DNA of 64,000 nucleotides from contig QPGO01000250.1 of the NCBI GenBank assembly GCA_008632985.1, positions 1 to 64,000 of the forward strand, given 5' to 3'. Below, piece by piece: positions 25,031 to 39,641 of this stretch (position 1 is the stretch's first letter; each line of letters begins with the position of its first letter). The translations under genes and the position numbers were made by a program. The notes below the pieces were generated by a model. The model saw only the letters and a list, made by a program, of their open reading frames with translations, had not been told where the DNA came from and did no database searches. Source of the DNA: Psammoneis japonica (lineage: Eukaryota).

Positions 25031-28000
25031 CGTCGGTACGAGCCACAAGGCATCGTGTTGGTACCCATCACATCACACGCCAGTGTCGGGCAGCCACAAG
25101 GCGATCCACATCATGGCATGTTCCTGCGTCGACAACAACACCTTGCCACCCATGTTGGATGTGTCATGTTGTGTCCGCACTTTTACTGTAGACTGGCTGA
25201 TGTGCGCGCGGAGTGTGCGAATGAGCATGAGGGCGAGCGACAACAGACGATTTCAGATTGAGTTCTGGCTCGCTCGCTGCACTTCACTCGAGATAAACTC
25301 TCTTACAGTCGAATAGAGAAGGGAAAGCCATGATGACGGATGAGACAGGTCTGACGGATCGGCCTTAGGGGACTTCACGACAGAAGGTCTCTGTCTTTGC
25401 GTAGTAAGCCACGTACTTTTACGATTTGCTGACATCCTTCTTACAAGAGGCAAGATTCGGTGTAGAAGAATGCCGTTCGAGCCATCAATGATGCATGATG
25501 CCACTGCTTATTAATCTTCGTAAGATCACGGAGGATCAGACATGGTCGAGTGGACCTGCCTCTCTATCCCCAGTATTCAAAATGAACCCCATCAAGATGA
25601 CGCTGACAAGCCTGAGAGGAGATAACGATTCATTTAGACTTGCTACCATGGCGGAGGTACGTCAAAAATGAGGCACCAACGATTTATTACTGACGCTACT
25701 TTCTCAGTTCTCGCGCACGTGATAATATTCAAGGGCTCTGAGCGCCCTACTTGTAGCTTGTTTGTCAATGATATGAAGGATAGAATCGAGAGTTCTTGTC
25801 GACAAACGCTCTTGTGCCGGAGGAAACCGAGCCTCCGGCTCAGTTTCCGGACACTTTTTGGGATCCTTGTGTTTCTGGAATGATTTTGCAGGCGCACTGC
25901 GTTATAGTCTTGCAAAACGGACACCTTTTAAACACTTCGGTACCAGTGCGTTGCTTCGTTATTTGCCGCATGCGTTACTTGAGCGCGACGTAGAATTTCA
26001 AAACTATGAGCTTGTTGTTTTTCTGTAAACCCTTTCTTGGAAAGCAAAAACAATCTGGTCTCTCAGTTCCTTGCCGAAGCGATTCGAGTTTTCGGGACTC
26101 ATTATTGGCTGTCAATGGGAATGAAGCCTGATGTCGCGAAAACGTTATCTCGGGGATCAGCTGGCTTGTTAGTTGTTGATCGCAACGTGAACGATGTCGA
26201 TTACACCATGAAATCCTGCAGGTCTACTTGTCATGTCGCTGGGCACAAGATCATGCAAAAGTATTCCTCGCATTTTGCCGGGTTCGTTCAAAAGAAAAAG
26301 TTGCATGGCAGACATCTGCCATAGCCTCCAGATGTGTGAGGGTAGTCTTGACTCCAGAGTTTTAGGATCTTCCGGGATGGAGGATTGAGGGAAGTCACTT
26401 TTCGCCACCAGTTTGCAGAAAGCCTGTCGTTTCTTGACATTGAAATTATCTCTCTATCAACCGCCTGTCGTTTGGACTGGCCTATGTGGCTTTTATCGCG
26501 CACTTTTTGAAAATATGAGCATTGATATTATATTCTAGATGGCACGGGTGGAGAAGCCCTGTGGCAAGTTTGTTGTATTGTGAGAATGGTTCTCTCGGTC
26601 TTGGACAAGGAAGAATCAGTGGATAACGTTTTTATGACAAAATTCCAAAATGTGGTCGCATCGTTTGCCGATTATGTTGCAGTATGTTTTTTGGTTGGAT
26701 GTTGATGCAATCGCCTTTGCAGTATAGTACCAAACGGTTTTCTTCGAGTCAAGAAGAATTTTGGTAAGAAAGTCACTCAACTTGCGAGGTTGACGCATGA
26801 GGTTGTCCTGAGACATCTCTAGATAGACTATGTTCGTACTCACTGGGAAGACATTACCAGCAGAAAACACCTACGATCGTAGCTTCATTAGCACGCATGG
26901 AACTCTTCGAGATTCTCGAGGGAGAATGGGATTGTGTAGAAGGGTATCTGTCGGACCATTTCAACGTACGGTGCACCGACAGGACTGGACTACATATTAA
27001 CCCTGGATACCTTTGGCATACGTCGTCCTAGATCTTACTCCTACAATGACATGAAGAACTCACGGAACTATTCCGCCGTCCTAGTCCCTACACTGGATAT
27101 TGTTTAGGCGCTGGCGCAATAGGAAGCGGAGTTGCGACTATTGTGTTTGTCAGAGAAGGGCTCGTGCAAGTGTGCATCCAGTATACAGCGTGGAGCCTAT
27201 AGCATCCAGGGGACAGTTTAGCGCCTCGGCCTGGAAATACTCGACGAACTTTGGAGGTCGATACCGTCGATTGGGCATCGCTCCAATACGTAAGCAATTT
27301 GAAGTCGTTTCCGTCATTTTCGCCTGCAACCAAACAACGGTGTTTTGAGTCGTTTACGTTGCTCGTGCTGACACTGGTTTGCTCAATCAGTACGCGGACT
27401 TGAAGCACCGAAGTGTTTGATTGTTGTTGCTATGTGTCTTTGCAATAGGCAGGGTCTTTTGAACACCTCATGTAACGGGTGGATACACCGAGGGATGGGA
27501 ACATGTTCTATCGAAAGACAACCTCAGTTGGTGGGTTCGTCACGGTTGAATGAATCAAATACCCGTGATGACTTTGACATCAACTCCCCCTTGCCTTGAC
27601 GATGTCCACAATTTGGAGTGTCTAGTAGTGAAAAGTTACTTTCCTCCATGGGGCAGCGTTTGGGCAGTCCATGCATGACCCTATAAAAACCAGGAGTCGG
27701 TTATCTAGCATCAAATGGAAACCAGTTCACAAGCTTCTCTTCAAGGTTTTGACGTCTGGTGACTTGACAGAAGGTGGCACCTAGAAATGGCACGTGCATG
27801 TGTTCAACGGAACCGCAATTGAGGTGCTGATCCTAGAGGGAAGTTTCCAATTATCGTAAAGGTGGACCGGATTGAAAGCAGGAGATGAACAACCCCTCAA
27901 CCCCATGGTCTTTCTTAGCGGCCATGAAATCTGGATGCATTGTCGGATCGAGGGCGGGAGGAGGTCTTCGTGGGGGGGGGGGGGGGGGCAGGGCAGGAAG

Positions 28001-29459
28001 AGTGCATCATCTGGAAACCAACTACCTAGAATACGCGATTCAAGCTTTAGTGGGGGGAGCGTTGCAGGACGAGAGGAGCAATCGCGGACAAAAATGAACT
28101 CGTTTGAACCAAATGGGGCGCTAAAATGGGATAGGTATATGACCGCAACTGCCACCTTCCTGGACTGTGGCCTACCCAACTTTATTGAAGAGAAGCTTGA
28201 TCTGGCTTCGTTTCCTGCGTTTCCGATCGAGTCAGTCGCTCCGCGATGTTGCATAAGTAGGCCACGTCGATAGAGTGCAAGAATCACTATTCTTTCCTTT
28301 TCGTTGCATTCTCAGAGTGCCTCTTGCATACTTTCTTCTTCCCTTACTCTCTAGTCGTGGCCTCTGAAACCGCATTCAGATTTCCTTGATGGCTCTTTCG
28401 ATTCTTACAAGATGCAAGACCTGTATGTTGGGTTGGAACCTTATCAGAGTGACGAATAGTTGGGATTCGGTTTGTTAGCGGCTATGGAACTGCATCCGTT
28501 TGATTGACGTTGAGAAGGTATTGAGGGAACCTAGGTGGAAACAGTCCTAAAGAACCTAGCAGCAAAAGGTAACCAACAGCTGAAACGACACATGCCCAGA
28601 CGTAAACGTTGTTGGGATAGAAACGTCACTTTGTAGTTAAAATTGGTCGCTCGCGAGCCGACTTCTTACTGTCGCAACTAAAAGTAAGTGAGTAAAGCTA
28701 AAGACGAAAAACGCGGTCACCGCAAATTCGAACTGTCTACTCCAGTGCTTCCAGCCTGTTGATACGTGCCGGAAGATTCTTGAAGAATACTTCCCACCTT
28801 GGGTCTTCCAGTGCTTTGTCGACATCCACTGAGCAGAACTTGTTGGTCTCAGTGGCGTGTGCAAACTCCTCTCGCATGCCAAGTTCTCCCTTTTGTGATG
28901 CATAAAACTCCGGTACTATGGCGCGTTCGCTGGTAAGAGATACATTCAATAGCTGCTCCATGTGACTTGTTTTCGGACATTGCAAGGGGAAATCAGACAT
29001 GGTATTCAAGTTGAGCTCGTTTGTCGCAACTTTTTGACTGCAAGTCCGACAACGAATCGAGGAAGAGTGTCGTTGATCCACCAACGTTTTATGGCTTCCC
29101 AGCCGATTCTGTCGTAATAGCCTTCTTTGGTCGAAGACGGGTTCTGTGTCTCGACACTTTCAGTTTCGGATTGGAGGTACCTGCACAACGACACCGCCTC
29201 AGGTATCATTTTGCAATAAAAAGTCCTGCGTCAAATCACCGCTAGACAGCTCATGCATATTGAAGGTCCATACTGTGGAGAAGCTCTCCTTCAACAACGC
29301 GTGAATTAAACTGGGGTCCTTCTCGCGGAGTCTCGGTGATGTCAAAAGTGCTTGCAAATGAATCAGTGAAGGGCACGGTCTCCCTGCCGCCGTTTGAAGG
29401 CCATTCCTGTCGCCGAATCGCTGTTTGTTTTGGAAGCGTCTTTGTTTCTCGTGGGTTTC

Positions 29460-32400
29460 TCTTTTTGTTTCTTTGGACTTAGACTACGTGGACATGGCGT
29501 GTTCGCACGGGAAGTCAGCGGCCATTGTCACCGACTTGTGGTGACCGTGCAGTGCGCATTGGCAAACGCGTCGCGGTCGACTCACTCGACTGACTTCTGA
29601 CGACTGCATGACGACGCAAGCACGGACGCTGCGTTGGAGGGAGCACGCGACGGAAAAGAATTCTCATTGGCTGTCATGCAGTCCTCAAAGCAATCACACA
29701 GTTTGTGTGATGAGCAGGGCACTGCAAACTGACACATCGCTTGCTCTCGTCTTTCTCTCAGAGGAGGATTTGCAGACACCAGGGGTGCATGTGCACTTTT
29801 TGAAGGGCTTGAGTGCAACTCCAGAGTGTGGAAACCTTGGAGGTGTGTTTCATGAGATGACACCAGCTCTGTGTGGGCTTTGCCCTTTGGTGAGCTGTTG
29901 GTTGCATCATCAGGGCACCACTCAAAAAGCAGTTTCTCATGAGTTGTGGCATCACAGACAAGGGTGCAGTGGCTCTTGTGCAGGGGCTCAAGAAAATCAA
30001 AAGCTTGAGAGCTAGCCACAAATCTGGGTTCCTTGCAAGAGCTCCATTGGCGAGAAAGGACTTTCTGCAATGCTGGAAATGGGAAGAGATCACAGCCAAA
30101 CAACCACTTTTGTCTTGATTTGCCTGGTCAGACTTGCAACTGCAGCTCACCAGAAGCAAACATGAGCAATCTGATTCATTTCTTTTTCTCACTCAGCCAC
30201 GCTGGCCATCCACATGTGATGTGGGAGATGTGTCTGCACCAGCTGCCTTGTGGCTGTGCATCATGTGGGCAAAAGGAGGAGACATTGACTGTGACCCAAG
30301 TGTGGTGCTTGCAATGGTTTGAGAGAGGCCTGACATTTTGGCAGCTTTCAAGTTGCAAAAGTCTGGAAAAATGCAAACACAAGAAAAAGCATCACAAGAG
30401 TTTGCAAAGCAATGGCAGTGACAAACAAAGCCCCCTTTTCCCAAACCAAGCTTGGCTTGCTTGTCTGCCCAATGCACTTCATGCAAATTCCCATGACAGC
30501 TCAATTGCAGGTTCCAGCCATTCATCGAGCCATTCATCCATTCAAGTTGGTGTGGCACAAATGTCCAACAGCTTTGGGGCTTTCTCATTCACAACACTGT
30601 CAATGAGTGTGGTTGCCAACACAATGCCACAAAGTGTGGGGACAGACCTGATGCTGCAGGCATGGCAAACAAATGGCAGTGCAAGAGTGCAACAAACTCA
30701 CAAAGCAGTGATGAGAGCATGCAAGACAGGTCTCAGATGACACACAATGTGCAAAAAGAATGTGCCATGTGCACAACAAAACCAGCTGTCTTCTGTGCAG
30801 GGCATCACATGCCTTTCTGCAACAACTCCTCACTGCCATGCCCCCCCTGCCCTTCCTTTGCTTTGTTTGTTGCAGCTGTGACAAATGCACCCAGCACCCC
30901 AGTCACATGCAGGCTCTCCACATCAAACTTGGACAACACAACAGAAAATGAAGAAGCCCACAGAATGAAAAGCAAAGTGTGTCTTTGCCATTGAGCTGAG
31001 CATGTGTCCATTCTGGACACTTGCTTCATGCAAGGACACTGTGCAGCAGCTCCACACCCAGATGCACAGAATGGTTCTGCAGACAAACTGACATGCACAG
31101 CATCACTTTCTGTCTTCTCATCACAACCTGAGTGAGCATTTCTTCCTTTGAACTTGTCTTGACTTTTGCTGCACTTTGGTCAGTTGGCTTGCCACACATG
31201 TCTCTGCAGTGCTGGCATGGACATGCCAAAAGCCACTTTGGAGTTGCTTGTCCATTGACAAGGGTGGCAAACAATGCATGAATTTCAAGGCAATTGTGTG
31301 GAACAACACAGGCTCCTCTCTTTCCACATTGCAGTGCTGCACCTCTGTCCAAAATGTTGCTGCGCACATCTTGCACACCAGCACAAGGAATTGCTGTTGT
31401 GAAAGCCACCACAACAAGTGCGATGCAACAATCAAATGATGCTTCAAGAAAATTCCCAATTTCACCCACGCAATGCTGCATGAGAAGATGAGCAGTGCAT
31501 GACAAACACAAAAAGGTGCGGCAGGTGTCAGAGCAACAGAGACAGCACAACTTTCAAACAACACACAATGTTTCTCTCAAGACTGTCAATGATGCACTGA
31601 TTCAGTCTCCCACAGATTTTGGGTGAACCACCAGAGCACAAACTGACACAGCCTGTGGCTGAACAACAGCCATGACATGTGCTCAACAATGTTTTGCACC
31701 AGAGCTTGGCACAAAAAATGATCAAAGGGCCACAAGAACTTGATTGACAGGATTGCTGGGAAGCTCGGGCATTGCACATCACATCACCCACTTGCTCAGC
31801 TGCATTTTAATGTTTGCACATGCAGACATGGACTTTGCATTCACATCACTTTGAAGACTGTTGCAAGAGGTGCACTGGAAAGGTTTGCAACCTTTTCCAT
31901 TGCACAGCTCAGCAGTTCAATGTAGATTCAAAATTTGCAATGACTGAGAGTTGCAAAATGAGATGGATGCACATGCAGAGTGTTGCAAAGCTGCTGACTC
32001 TAAGCAAGTGCCTCATGCACCAAGAGTGTCAGCAAAGGAGCCATGATGCTGTTGCCTGTGACACAAGCAGTGTTCCCCAAGCCACACTTTGCAAAGCTTT
32101 GAGTCCAACAATGGCGTCTTTGCACAGCGTCACTCAGAATGGCCTTGTGCTCCCATCTGCCTTCCCTGGATCACCTTCATTGGAATCAGCCTGTGCCCCC
32201 AGACTCTCATCATCACTTTCAGTGTCTGCACATGAGCCCCGCCAACTTCACTTTTGACATCACTTTCCTGATCATCTCTTTCAAAGCCATCTTTGATGCC
32301 AGTGACCAGTGACTGCAATCTCCAAGGCAGCATGTTGATTCTGAAACATTGCCACACACAAGCAGACACCCACACCTGGAACACTTTGCATGTTCTGTTG

Positions 32401-33547
32401 GTGCACTGTGTTGTGCAGCAGTGATCAGATGCTCTGATTGGTCCACAGTGTGTCTGTAAAAAGGCAAGCTCAGTGGCAGAGCTTTGCCGATTGCAGGATG
32501 AGGTCAGGGGTTCTTGATCCCTCCCTTTTCTTTGCTTCTGCCCTCACTCCAATTGTGCCATGTTTGGAGCCACACAATGGGGACACAAGCCCATCTTTGG
32601 CAATGATGTTGCTTGTGGCATGAGATGCCGGACATCGCTGGCTGCAAATTGCATGGTCATCTGACTGCCAATCTGGGCAGCCTTGCCCAATTTTTTGGAA
32701 TGGGAAGTGCAGCTGCATGTGCTCTACATTGACTCAGATGATGTCACATCCACAAACTTGTGCAGGCAGCCAGCTGGGAAAGACATCCATCTGCGTGCAT
32801 CAAAAATTGCCAACAGATGTTTTTTCTTGACTGCTCAACTTTCTGTCTTTTGCATCTTGGACAATCACCTTCCTTTTCATCTCTCTCACACCATCACTCA
32901 ATTGTCAGCATGCCCCTGGGACAGAAACCAGTTGGGTCGCAGTGCATGACCTTGGCCAAAGCATTGGCTGAGATTGGGTTGCATGCTGCAGCTTTGCCAG
33001 TTGCCAGATTTGCCAAATCTGTTTGGACAGTGGTCACAGCTGGAGCCAACACATCGTGACAGCGCTTGCAACAACATTGGAGCTTTGCCTTGTCACCTGA
33101 ACATGTGAGGAGGTTGCTGCTCAATTGACAGGTGAAGCTGCCAATCTTTGCCAAACTCTTGCCCCTCTGGTGCATGTCAAATGGGACAGTCCCACCATTC
33201 TCACACACACTGCATGATCCATGGCCAAGACCAACTGCTGCTCTCACTGTCCAAACATGAGCAATGCCCAAGTTGAAAGACTGAAATGGAAGAAGTTGGA
33301 GAATGGGGTGCAACGAATTAAATCAAACTCACTTTTTGAGTTTGCCCAACCTTTGCAAGTTTCATTTCTTCCTCTCCATGCTTCAATGCCAACAAAGCCA
33401 CCCCTTTCTCACATCAATGGTGACAGATGACTTGACATCGAACATTGTGATCCAAGCAATCTCACAACAGTTTTTGTGTTCAGAGATCATTCTTGCCCCT
33501 GGCTCAATTGAACAGGAGTGCTGGTGATCCTTTTCCATGTGCCTGAC
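29460..33547. mobile_element. Dispersed repeat copy 2, same orientation as 2569-7082, TA/CG-depleted
   Basis: Colinear with copy 1; lacks copy-1 segment ~3238-3849 and carries ~30088-30316, which copy 1 lacks. Confidence 0.85.
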
Positions 33548-36015
33548 GGGTACCTGCACATGCCACTCATTGAGCATGAGAGTAGAGATTGTGCCCTCTT
33601 GAGTCCGCACAAGCTAAACAAGTCCACATGCCCTGTTTTTACTCACCGTAGTCGAAAGCTAAAATGCGAACATCCGCTTGCAAGTAAAGCCCCCGCCACC
33701 AGTATTTTCCAATACCACTAATAGACTCGGTTAATCTTTCATCTCAGATCACCAGGGTAGCTTCAGTATTATCACAAATTGTCACAACCATTTAAAAAAG
33801 GCGTCGGAAAGTGTATGGTAAATCTTCTCTGTCAAACATGGTCACAGTCGATTGTGAGCTCGATACGCTTCATTCGACCATTAAGTCATGTACAGCTTGC
33901 GAGAATCAGATCTATACATGTATGTAAAACTTTGTTGAACTGGGTTGTGCTGAAAAATGTGCTCTTTGTGTCTCTTGCCACGCCCGGTCCGTCGCGTTGA
34001 GAGGTTGTGACTTGACGTTGTGCTGCGCGGTATGCAACAGCCAAAGGACTGAATTCACGACACACTCGGTCCATTTTGAGCAGCATGACCATGGTATTGG
34101 AGCTGTTCAAGACTCTGTTACTCATACAATCAATCCTCCAAGCCCCAAGATCGACCCGGTGCGTCATTTCATGAGCAACAAGGAAAGCCCAGGTCAACTC
34201 TTTGTAGATAATGTTCATGTCAGTTCATGATTACGAACCGGCTAAAGATCTTGTAGAAGGAATGCAGGAAATGACTAAAAGTCAAGAGTCTACAAAGGAA
34301 ATGATTTTGAACCTGGAGGCTTCGGTACTGGGAACTCTGTTGTGGGGTTTCATGGATAAACTAGCCAAGTTGGGGGTACGTCTGGGAGCACTATCAGCAG
34401 ACTGTTGTCGTATCGAATGCATCTTTAACCCTGCCGTGTCACTGTTTGCAGAGTACCCTACTGGATAAAGAGTCGTCAATAAAGAGGAAGAGCTCGGCAT
34501 TAGAAGGATTCGAGCGAGAAGTACAGCGTTTGAATGGGAAGCTCTCCTCTCTCTAATGATGCAGCTAAACGGAGGAAGCTATCGCTATCTGGTGAAGATC
34601 CTTTGGATGTTATTCAGCAACTTCGAGATAAAAGAAGAATTTGCAAGAGATAGATTACGAAAAAGCTTGTGCAGAAAACAATAATGTGAGAAGTACGCTC
34701 TCTTCTGTTGAAGAAAAAACTCCAGAAAGTGGAACGCGAGCATGCAGTTTCTAAATCTCAAGGAATCCATGCTTGAGCAAAGTGATAAACACTAGGCGGA
34801 ATCCACACTCCAACAAGCTCAGGCGGTATGGGAAGAAAACCGGGGGAAACTCGAGAGGATCGTGAATCAAATCGTGCGAAGATCGAATTTTGCTTTCTTG
34901 ACACCTGTGCAGAGCAGCTTACTGACCCACTTTCTAGGAAAGAGAAGGCCAATACCGAGATGCGAAAGCTTCAGATGGAATTCTCTATGATGAAGAACAC
35001 TCTTGGTGCACCTATTGAAGACATGGATTCTCCAGAGGAACGAGCTAGAGACCTGATGCTTCTTCAACAACTCAGAGTCGACAGCCTCAACCCAGCTTTT
35101 GAAAGCGCCTTAATACGGAGAGCGAATATCGCGAAAGACACCGAAACACTCTCTAGCAGTATGGACTTGAAGAAAAACACAGGCTGCTACGCTAGCTCCC
35201 GGTAAGCGATTACGAGAACTAGCTCCATTGACCCGTGCGGAGATAAAAAGTGTAATTCATCCATTTGTGATCCACTGTCAGATGAGAAGACCCCAAACAA
35301 TGAAAATGAAATGCGATAGAACACGGACTACTTTACCTGTGCAGCATGTGTCTTTTGAGAAATAGAAGACGAGATGTACGGGATGATGTCCAATGAGCAC
35401 TGTACAGGGCATGTTCGACTCCGTCGGGCAAGAGCATTTCCAACAGCCAGCTGTTCGTACAATAAGCATCTTTCAGCCATACAACCACAGCGCATACACT
35501 GTCACCAGTGCCTCCCATTGCTTCATCGGCAACGTATCATGCCATGTTTTTTCGTCCTGCATGCTTCAACAGCCCAACATCCTCCTTGTCAGAGGCACCC
35601 GGTTAAGGTGAATTTGCCAGTCTTGTTTCTGATTCAACAATGTAAAGATTCAATGCTCACATGTTGAATGTAACCTTCCCCATCGCCGGAAAGCCAACCA
35701 GGTGCACCCGTGATCTCATTGCCGTGTTGGTCCGTGAGCTCTGATTCCGGGACAGAGCAGAGGCTGCGGGTCGGACACAGCCGTTCAATACCAAGCACAC
35801 AACACGCACACACGGTTCGTTACCAATTCGATTTGGATAGTGTGTCGTATCAGCAGCAGTTCCCGCTTTCTTCAACAGTGCGTGAATCGAATCAATTGCA
35901 GTTCTGTCCGCCTGTTGGCTTAGAGAAACTCGAGCTACCGTCGTTGGCGGGGGCGCTTGTTTGTTCCACATATTCCGACGCTGGAGTTCTGCGGCGACGC
36001 TTTCTACTTTTGCCT

Positions 36016-36573
36016 CTAAAAAAAAACCTTTGACGATTCTGACAAACCGGCTGATGTCAGTCTTTTGTCAGATTCATTGCTAGGTGGCTCTACCTGTTGT
36101 TCTCCGGCGGCATCATTGTCTGTAGCGACTGGTGTTTGTTCCGCGACCATTTCTGGCACGGGTGAAACTGATCGCGGTAATTTTGCAGTCCCGACAGCTA
36201 CTTGCGCATACTTTTCATGAATAGCAGCCTTTTGCTCATTCAATACGCAAGTCCTTCGTTCATATATGTCTTTTTCCCATCGTGGGAACTTGCCCCAGCG
36301 GTTCTTCTCGATCTTCTGCTCAGAGGCATCCATTTTGACGAAAGCTCGGACCTTCCGAAAAACGTTTTGCCAATTAGCATCATAACCGAGAATGTGACGT
36401 GGTATCTCGCGTCCATTGTATTCCAAACCAAGTACTCGAACGACCGAATGGTTGATTTTGGGATCAACAAGCATGATTTGCCTCTCCTGGGTCATGTTAT
36501 ACCTCGGAGCCGCAATTTGTGTGCTTCCGTGAGTGTCGCTATTCAACCGCGGCGCAATCGATGAAACCGACAT
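36016..36573 (-). CDS. Hypothetical protein
   Basis: 185-aa ATG-initiated ORF of ordinary composition; no motif recognised. Confidence 0.35.
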   Translation of the reverse strand: MSVSSIAPRLNSDTHGSTQIAAPRYNMTQERQIMLVDPKINHSVVRVLGLEYNGREIPRHILGYDANWQNVFRKVRAFVKMDASEQKIEKNRWGKFPRWEKDIYERRTCVLNEQKAAIHEKYAQVAVGTAKLPRSVSPVPEMVAEQTPVATDNDAAGEQQVEPPSNESDKRLTSAGLSESSKVFF

Positions 36574-36960
36574 ATCTCAGCAAATCTAAAACATGAACAT
36601 GTACTTGAATACTGTTAGATCGTGTGTGCAAGGTTTGGTAGTTGTTATCGTAATAGGCATAGCGCTACAAGACGACGCGTCGGCGGCCCTCGTCATGGTG
36701 TGCGATTTTTGCGGTGTTTGGGAACAGTGAAAAGTGGTTTTCAACAGGTCCCGTACGAAGGCCGGACGGAACCGCGCTGAGCGAGGTCGATCGCTTCTTA
36801 CAGTACGAAGTACCATACCGGTAGATGAAACTGGCATTTCATTCACGACCTCGCTTCGGCCTCTCTTTCTCTTTCTTCATTCGGGTTAAGATTTCATGCT
36901 CGTGGCTGGTTAACGATAAGCCCATAGCCCAATCTCTTTGTCTGACTTCGAGCCAAAGTA

Positions 36961-37077
36961 AGCTAAATGGTTAGTGTAAATCGTTAAGTGTCATTTCCAC
37001 TTCGACACAAAGAAAGCTAAATGGTTAGTGTAAATACTTAAGTGTCATTTCCACTTCCATACAAAGACAGCTAAATG
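36961..37077. repeat. 54-bp tandem repeat, ~2.2 copies
   Basis: agctaaatggttagtgtaaat...aagtgtcatttccacttc at 36961 and 37015, partial at 37069. Confidence 0.9.
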
Positions 37078-37529
37078 CTTAACGGTAGTGGTCAGATTTC
37101 AAAATCTGAGCAATACAGAAATGTCAATGATGAATAAGGATTTTAGATTGCTTCTGCCGTAAATATCATTACGCCAATGCCACTAATGAATACACAAATG
37201 AATTTGTATTCCATCCTTTTCCTGAACTTTGATCTATCGGCATTTTCGATACGAGTACTCGACGCGATGACAACAATGAGGCATGCTTGTATGTGTCATG
37301 GCCATAAGCTGTGAGGCGTACCGTCACATTTGGATTGAACTCGGGGATCTTGATGTCGAAAGTAGCCATTTGTTTGACATTCGTGATTTTTCATCGCCCA
37401 CAAACTGGGATTTCAACTGAGTCGAGTTGATGTTGGACGTGTTTCAAAGCACTGCGTTTGATGAAACAATTGAGGGCTCTGGAATTATGGCATTTTATGC
37501 CATGGAGACTTAAAACAGTAAATGGGTTG

Positions 37530-39480
37530 ACAATCAAGCAGTGATCGGGTTTGCCAACATTTCCAAAAATGTGACAACAAAAATTGCATCACTCAACAAC
37601 CAACAACATCTCAAGAGATGGAAACAAGAAAAGTGACTCCTCTTTGCACTTGAATTAAAAGAGACAACAATGCACAACAAACATTTGAGAAGGACAAGAA
37701 GCTCTTGAATGCATGGAACCAGAAGAGAGTCAATGAATCGCTCTTGTTTTGAACCTCTTGACCTGTTCTGTCCATGATGGTGGTTGGTTGAAAGGTCGGT
37801 GGTGGTTTTTTTATGTGACTTGCAGCTTGAGGCATGTTGATGCATGAACACATGGCCCATGTGTGGTGTCACCTTTGGAAAGTGCCACTTGTGGAGCTTG
37901 AGTGGACAACTCTCTGTGCTCAAGCTTTGTCCGCCAAATGCTCCATCAAAGTCCAGATGCTGCCACATCCCACCCGACCATTGACACAAAACAGTTCTTG
38001 CAAAATGTTGTTGCCTGTTTCCCTCTTCCTCTGCAGAGCAGCCCTCTTGGTGACAGTGCTGCCCACATGCCAGAATGTGCTCAAGAATGCTTTCCATTTT
38101 GCCAGCAAAGATGCCCAGCGCGGGGCTGTGTGGGCTCGAATCTCTCTCAAGACAAGCTGACATTTGTGCCTGGCACTGGCGGCAATGCTGAGCCCTCCTT
38201 CCTGTTTGACTTCCCAGGAGTGTGCCCAGATCTCCTGCGTGCTGAGTGGCTCAACCACAAGAGTCGCTGTCTTTGTCAGTTTTGTCAGCAGGATGTGCCA
38301 AGGCTGCTCTGGCCATGTGTGCGCAAGGACAGCTGCGGCAGCGCTTTCTGCTGTCAGCAAAGAGTGTGAGCTGGCTGGACTGCCCAACCCCACACTTCAC
38401 AGCTCCTTGGCAGTCACCCCAAATCAAGTGCCAACTTGGGGTCAACCACACCTGGCTGGCTGCAATGCAAAGACAGCTGTGGCAGCACTTTGTGACAACA
38501 AAGAGAGTGCGAGCTGGCTGGGCTCCCAACCCCACACTTCACAGCCCCTCAGCACTGGCTCCCAATCAAATGCCAACTTGGGGCCAATGGCTGTGAAGCC
38601 ATCATTGCAAATCCCTGTGCCTGCCCCCTCACACAGCTTTGCACAGGGTCAACATGTGTGGCCTTTGCAAGATGGGCCCTGGCTGGCTGCTGGCTCCTCA
38701 CCCACACGGCTTGCACAACAAGCCACCACAACACAGAGCACTGTGGGGTGAGTGCAGCACAGCCCAAACAAGCACACCATGCTGAGATCACCCAGAGTTG
38801 GCTGCTGTCCTGGGGCTCCATTCAAAGCTAAGCTGGGCTGCTTGGCTCCTTGGTGTGCAGCACATGCTTGGCATCACACTCTTGTTGCCAAGCAGCCGCA
38901 TGGCATGTGCCCACCATTTGTGCCTGCAACAGCGACCCCAGCCACAAAGAAGCCAACAAAAAGTTGAACCTGGTTTTGTGGTTGAAGAGTGAAGAAACTG
39001 TGAGTGAAGTTTGGTTCAAGATTTGTTGGCAATGCCAAGTGGGCAACCAAAGAGAGGCGCCAAAAATGGCTGTTCTTGCTCATTTCTCAAGAGGAGCTTG
39101 CGCTCATGATGCAGGGTCTGAAGCAAGCACCAGCCAAGACAACAGTTTTTTTTCTCTCTGCCCCGCTTAAAACACAGCCTTTGAGTCAATGTGGTGCTCC
39201 TTCAACAACTCACGCACACTGGGAAGAGCAGCTGGAGCCAGGGCAGCTGGCCTGGCAGGGCTTGGCTGACACCCAAGCTGGGCTGCTCAGCCTGGTGGCA
39301 CACACTCAGCGCCACATTGTCACCCTCCTGCAACTGCAATGTGCCCCACTCTTTGCACCTGCAGCAACCACCCTGGATCAAAAGAAGCCAGTGCAACTCT
39401 GGCCATGGTTGCATGGTCAATTGTGTGTGTGTGTTCAACGGTTGATTCCCCTCTTTTTTTCTCTTTTCCTTTAACCGGCC
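37530..39480. other. TpA/CpG-depleted domain with unassigned content
   Basis: Abrupt loss of TA between TA-containing flanks; overlapping Tyr-free ORFs. Confidence 0.85.
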
Positions 39481-39641
39481 ACGAACATGAAAAAATTGCC
39501 ATTCTCTCACTTCTTGCGGATGATTTTCCTGTTCGTGAGGATCAGATCCCTTCGATAGCTTGATCGCTGTTGGAGTACTTTATACTTTAGACATCGTTGT
39601 TTACCCCAGCTTATGCTGCTGATATCTAGCTCATTTCCGTC

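Noticed and set aside
25500..29300. Short ORFs in normal-composition DNA
   Set aside because: No recognisable motifs or coherent exon structure; cannot be supported as genes
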